In this document: positions 36,350-41,834 of the stretch, one piece after another
Numbering within the stretch: the stretch's first letter is position 1
Layout: every line of letters starts with the position of its first letter
NCBI GenBank assembly: GCA_000320545.1
Contig: ADNK01002079.1
Span: forward strand, 1-41,834
Length of the DNA: 41,834 nt
Source: Bigelowiella natans CCMP2755
Taxonomy: Eukaryota > Protista > Cercozoa
Direction of reading: 5' to 3'
Position numbers and translations under genes: made by a program
Notes under the pieces: generated by a model
What the model saw: the letters and a program-made list of their open reading frames with translations, nothing else
What the model was told of the DNA's origin: nothing
Database searches by the model: none

Positions 36350-36715
36350 GCCTGCTAGCTTTATTTGACAGCACAGCTACATTAGGTTGACCAGTGGGAA
36401 AATGTTTAATAGACACAAACAGCTGCTCTAGTCTAGTAGTGCTGTTTAGTAGACACCTGATGCACATCTAAGTGTACTAGCTAGCGTATACGCGCTATAG
36501 CGCGCTTGCATGTTTCTAGACCTAGCTAGCTGCGACTAGTAGATACCAAAACGTCAAGCTATCAAGACGACAAGCATGATAGCACTAGTAGAGTACTCTA
36601 ATACTTCTAGCTAGCTAGCTAGCTAGTAACAAATTGGCTGACGACATGTCTATCTAGCTATATGTCTAGATGTATACAGCAGATTGCGCAGGCTAGCAAG
36701 CTTAGGAAGCTATAG
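36350..36715. repeat. CTAG-rich low-complexity tract between convergent genes
   Basis: About 18 CTAG in ~350 bp by manual count, including (CTAG)5 at 36607-36626. Confidence 0.85.
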
Positions 36716-36941
36716 GTGACATTTCAACCAGCATGCACAGAGTTTATTCGAACGTAACAGGAAATAACACTGCCGTCGTTTAGCTTTACTCACACGCAAC
36801 AAAAATAATCTTCTCGTTGTGTCTACATATACTCTAACGATGACATCACAATGAACCCTGCTAGCCTGACAAGCAAGAGCGCAATAAATACTTTTGTGTG
36901 TGTGTGTGTGCGTGTGTGTGTGTGTGTGTGCGCGCGCGCGG

Positions 36942-39200
36942 CTAATCAAGGCCAGCCTCCAATGCGTCAGATGTTAATACATCCTTGTCCTGAATTATCT
37001 CCTCCTGGATCCCAAGGCAGTTTGTGATACTCTCTCCCAGAGTTTGGAAGAACTTACCCGGACCGGTGAAGTCGAACATCGGCAGCTCCCCGTCATACGT
37101 CGCGCGCTTCTCGATATCCATGAGCGTCTCGTAGGCAACGGTGACCTTTCTAAATTTGTCATTCGCCTTCCTCATCTCCTCCTCGGTTTTGAAGTGATCG
37201 GGGTGGTAGTCCTGGGAGAGCTTCTTAAACACGCGCTTTATCTCCTCGTCGTCAGCCGTGCGCGATACGCCAAGGATCTCGTAGTGAGTCGGTTCGGTAT
37301 TCTTCCCTTTCACGCGCAAGAACTTCATTAGGCCCTTCTCCTTGATCTGCGCGTAGACGTTGATTCCATAAGTAATGGCCGACATTCCGAGGGTGTACCC
37401 CATCGACTTAAGTCCCTCGTACGCTCTCTTCTGCGCCATGGGTTTGCACCACGGTTTCATCGAATACATCGCCGCTGTTAGCTCTTTCCAAACCGGACCT
37501 GCCATTGGCAGATACTGCACGGTGTTGTCGATGAATACCTCAGCTCTGATCAGGCACGCCTCGTAGCTGCTCCAGATCTTCCGGTAGTTGGATATGTCCC
37601 CCCCCCTCCCCCCGTAGAGGATCAGTTCTCCCTCGTCGCTCATTTTGGCAAAGTACGTGTCCATAGGCTGCCGCTTCAACCCCCCTGTGCGCGACCGCAT
37701 TGCAATTTTGCGCACCTTATCTTTGGGATTCACCGCGCTAAATACCTGGAAATCCCCTGACTCGAGGATTGTTGCATAGATTTTAGCTCCTTCCCGCCGC
37801 GATAGTTTCCCCTTCCTTACGCGCCACTCGAAGGTCTTTTCTTTGTCAGGATCTGCCATGCTGTACCCTTTGTAGGTAAACAACCCCTCCGGTGTTAGAA
37901 TTGTGAAGTATGCTCCCTTGGGGGAGACGAGCATATCGCCTTCTTCCAGAAAATCCCCCATGAATAGCAGTGCTTGTGGGGACCACCAGAGAGGCTGAAA
38001 GTAACAATAGGCCAGCGATTCAACGATGATTTGTGTAGAAAATCTACCCCCCCGTCGTTTACCCCTCGCATCTTGGTATATTTACATTCATTTGGCCTTT
38101 AGTGCGTGAGGGAGGATGTGCGACTTCTGTGTATACAAAGAGTTGAACTTACGTTATTCGTTTCGTTGAGGACCACGAAGCTGCCGTCGTCGTTCAGAAT
38201 AGCTCGATAGTTGCCCTTCTCTTGCTGAAAATGGTTTTCAATTTTCAAATGGTTCACACAGTAACAAACAGCTATAAATAACCCGTTGACGACACCACAA
38301 CAACCATCATGATCATAATCTCGAGCACCGACCTTCTTGTGTATGGAGGAGCTATCAACTGTACTTAGTTTATGTCTAGGGTCAACCCCCCTCTGGATAA
38401 CGAGATTTCCATCATTTTGTAGCATCGCGTAGAAGTCGCCTTCAGCCCTTTGGCCTGGACGCACCCCCATTTGCGTTTGTACCATTGGAGGGGTGCCAAG
38501 CTCATAGATTGCCCTTTCCCCAGCAAAGCTATCGTGCTTGTAGACACGGAAGATGCCATTTCTCGAAATGTTTGCGTGGAATCCGCCTTATAGTGGTGTG
38601 CGATTTGTGAGCGATTAATGTGTGTGTGTGTGTGTTACTATATGTATTGAATTTAGATGCTATAATGTGACGAGATTTTCGATATGATAAACCTGATGGA
38701 GAGACAATTTTGTCTCCGGGCTTTATGAAGCCGTTAGTCGTTAGTGTGTCGCCAGAGGTCACGTGTAGGTATTCTTTAACAGTGAGTATAACGTGAGGGT
38801 TACTAGCAGGGGATTCCATTTTTATTTTAGATAAGTGATTAGATGTTGTTTTACATACCCATCCGCTTTCCTGATCGCTCGGGTCCAGATGACTTCAATG
38901 TCTTCGTGATTTCAATTCCAAGTCTCCCTGAACACGGGCAAAAACGGTTAATTCAGTTTCGATGAGCTTGTAGATTATTCCCTCTTTCTTGCATCTTGAC
39001 AAGAATACACGTTATCCAACACACAAGTTGATCATAATAAGGAATCCGGCAGTGAACATGGTAAAACCTTGCTCCGGAGGCCCATTACTGAGGATGATGA
39101 CGACAGTAAGCATGACTGCTACGCCTAGACTAGACACCAAGCCCCCAACATCAAAACAAGCCGTCCTTCTCCGACGCCTTTCCAACACGGGTCGAAGCAT
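36942..39200 (-). CDS. Membrane-anchored bulb-type (B-)lectin-repeat protein with C-terminal DnaJ domain
   Basis: N-terminal hydrophobic stretch. Lectin-like repeats IVSPSGGF, FYAMLQNDGNLVI, YRAILNDDGSFVV, LVSPKGAY and YFAKMSDEGELILY…IWSS. J-domain HYEILGV…IKRVFKKLSQDYHPD…AYETLMD.EKRATYD. Confidence 0.85.
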
Positions 39201-39822
39201 ATTCGCGTCTTCTCTTCACCGACTTCCTATAACGCGAGAGGCGTTCGGGGGGACCTAGGTGAGGGGGGTACAGCCGATTTCAACACAGACTTAGATGAGA
39301 AGCGAACGAAATCGCCTTTGAATTTTTCGAAGTAAAAGAAGTAACTGACGTCGTAGTATTAAAACCGCATGGATTTTATTGCCGTCCCTTCTCTAATCGG
39401 CGATATGTCTGCCGCTTTACCTGGTGCGTGGTCCCGAGAAAGACCGGCCGATTTCAAGATATTCTCTAGAGACTCTGCTTTGGGATTCAACTTAGCCCCG
39501 GCTTTCTGTTTGACGACTTTTGATTGATGTGACCACACAGTGATGTGATGAATGACTGACTGATTGATGATGAACATCAAAGAACTTCGTTTTTTCTTCG
39601 CCAATTATAAGCCATAATGCCATTAAGCATTGTCGCAGATCTCCAACCAAGTGCAACCTGCGGTGGAGCGTAGAATCTTGGAGAGCTCTCCAGCCAAGGG
39701 AACTATGTTCGAAACGCCCTGTCATTTCATATGTCGCATTGCACGAATGGCCTGCGGCTGGAACAACCAAACAGCTTCGCGCCAAAGCCCAAAAGCACTC
39801 CCCGCTTTCCTGCGACCCGAGC

Positions 39823-40314
39823 ATGGCACCTAAAAGACCCAGCCCAATCCGCCCAACACCTCACCACGCCCCGAAGATTCGTAGGAAGGAGAATTCTTGC
39901 GAAGGAAACTTCGTTAGATTCCATAATTCTCCCTTCCCCAGAGTTCAGAGCGTGCTGGTAAGGAAGATCTCCCCTGCCCAGCTAGAGAGCTCCCAGTCCT
40001 CCTTCCAGAGGTACCACTACTTCCAACCGATCAAGGAAGAAATTACAAGGAAGGAGGATGTTATGACTAGTGTGACCTACGATACCTCCGGCCGTACTCT
40101 TTGTCTCGAGAAGAGTATCCGAAGGAGAGAGATGGAAAAACGTACGACGAAACGAAGGCGCCTTGCGAAACCCAAGCAGCTCAAAGTCACGAACTTCTTC
40201 TCTCCGAATAAAGGGAATAATTTATGCAGCGACAAGGGAAACAACACATATAGCGAAAGAGTTGCAACCGAAAGAGTTGCAACAAAAAGAAATAATGAAC
40301 GCCTTATACAGTAA
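39823..40314 (+). CDS. Small basic protein with PCNA-interacting (PIP) box
   Basis: MAPKRPSP… start, NLS-like KRRR, then QLKVTNFF (40177-40200). Confidence 0.5.
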   Translation: MAPKRPSPIRPTPHHAPKIRRKENSCEGNFVRFHNSPFPRVQSVLVRKISPAQLESSQSSFQRYHYFQPIKEEITRKEDVMTSVTYDTSGRTLCLEKSIRRREMEKRTTKRRRLAKPKQLKVTNFFSPNKGNNLCSDKGNNTYSERVATERVATKRNNERLIQ

Positions 40315-40637
40315 ATGTCACTATATAGCGAAACTTAATGAATATCAGCCAACCATTAGACCTTCCCAATGTCAACAGAAGTTCGAAAAAAAAATGAGTA
40401 ATTAGCTGGATCGTGTAATCTTCCTAAACTCATCAAAAAATGATAAAGTCGTGTGAAGAACGTATTGAAGCAACTCTTGTTGCTTGAAATGATCCTGGGA
40501 AATAGATATATGTAGAGTTCTCGGCTAAGATAATCTTGACTCAATATATCAATGAAAAATAAATGTAATTTGTAATATATCGTGTGTTACGAGGAGAATC
40601 AATACCACAATATACATATATGTATATTATAGTAGTA

Positions 40638-40673
<36 letters not shown>

Positions 40674-41236
40674 CTAATATATAGCCATCTGTCCGTTTTA
40701 GCTGTATGTTACCCGTGCTATTCATGCCAGGGAAACATTGACGCGGCTTGCGTCTCCTCATATATTTTTTAAATAGACACAGCAATACACTATATATATA
40801 ATATATATTGTGTATTGCATGTCTATCATTTTTGAAGGCCGGTACACAGATGGCGTACACACGATGTACATCGCATGCCTACATGATCTAGTTATATAAA
40901 TGATACGAAAGGGTTGTGAAAAATGAACATGCTATGTACATGTAAATACAAGCACCACATCGCAGCGCGCACATGGCGCGCCTTGTTCTAGTTTTGTTTA
41001 CCTGCAGTAATTGCAGTGTAGAACAATTCATTTCGAATTCATACGTGTTTCTACCATGCAACAGCTAAAATGCAACTGCTCATGTTGTACTACGTGTAAA
41101 TGCACAGTCTGATACAATGAATAGCATATGATAAACGTATGGCCTAAATTGCGCAATGAATGTCGCATTTATCAGTGTGTTTAAAATTGACACTCTCAGA
41201 CTTGCCAATGAACAACAGCAATCGAAGTTTCAGTTA

Positions 41237-41806
41237 CTAGATGAGAAACTCTTCCTCCACTGGCTCCACATTTACAGATTCCAGTGATAGCTGACGGATA
41301 TTTCGAACGTAGCGTGTCTGTGCTAGGCTGTTGAGATCGGTCGCTGTGGTCGTTTTCCTCAGCACATCCGCCCAGTGTTCCACGTCCTCGTCGCTCTGGC
41401 CCTTAAGCTCATACGTGGTACCGCCAGCAGTTAGTACAAGCATTGAGCTTGACATATGCTGCGCTTGTTTGTCGCGCACGAAGATTGGAGGCGAAGCTGG
41501 CGGAGAGGCTAGCGAGGCTGGTGAGGTTGTTTGAGAGGGGGATAACGATCCCCCTTCTTCCTTTCCTCTGTTTCCTCCTCCTCCCCCTCCTCCTCCTATT
41601 TCTCCGTCTTCTTCTCCTTCTCGTGTTCGAGGATCAGATGGACTGGAAGGCTTGCCATTCTGATCTTCAGGCGTTATTTTCGGGGGTTCCATTGAGGCTT
41701 TTGCAAACGAGTGCGCGGCGTGGTGCTCAATCGTCTTTTTTTTTGTCGTCTCCGTTGCAGCAGAAGCAGCAGAAGATGAGCCTATGCTTGGACGGACTAT
41801 AGTGAT
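41237..41806 (-). CDS. Terminal exon of a PH-domain protein (gene continues beyond the window)
   Basis: Acceptor tttacag at ~41807. LVLTAGGTTYELKGQSDEDVEHWADVLRK matches the last PH strands and the Trp-containing helix. Confidence 0.65.
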   Translation of the reverse strand: MTIVRPSIGSSSAASAATETTKKKTIEHHAAHSFAKASMEPPKITPEDQNGKPSSPSDPRTREGEEDGEIGGGGGGGGNRGKEEGGSLSPSQTTSPASLASPPASPPIFVRDKQAQHMSSSMLVLTAGGTTYELKGQSDEDVEHWADVLRKTTTATDLNSLAQTRYVRNIRQLSLESVNVEPVEEEFLI

Positions 41807-41834
41807 CTGTAAAGGGACATGAAAAAGTCAACCC

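Overview
Intron-rich eukaryotic nuclear DNA with GT-AG introns and intronic (TA)n/(CA)n/(GA)n and poly-G/C tracts. Two genes have signal-peptide plus transit-peptide leaders, which points to an alga with a secondary plastid; a chlorarachniophyte such as Bigelowiella is my inference. Host genes: FkbM-family methyltransferase, plastid TlyA-like rRNA methyltransferase, intronless adenosine kinase, a His-brace LPMO-like protein, a large SAM-domain protein, a plastid cupin, an E(z)-type H3K27 methyltransferase, a B-lectin + J-domain protein, a PIP-box protein and the end of a PH-domain gene. About 1.0-4.1 kb is an AT-rich, intronless virophage/Polinton-like relic (integrase C-terminus, six-blade kelch gene, small ORFs, 34-bp repeats). 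The strongest signal is mutational. Discrete patches (about 520-1600, 6010-6800 and 11640-12900, weaker at 14850-15000, 22300-22780 and 40860-41200) have lost almost all TpA to TpG/CpA on both strands. They keep CpG and preferentially spare TpA in CTAG. The patches lie downstream of genes, between convergent genes and on the viral relic. Introns, coding DNA and divergent promoters keep their TpA. This looks like a targeted A:T>G:C 'reverse-RIP' hypermutation process. I cannot check from the sequence alone whether it has been described.
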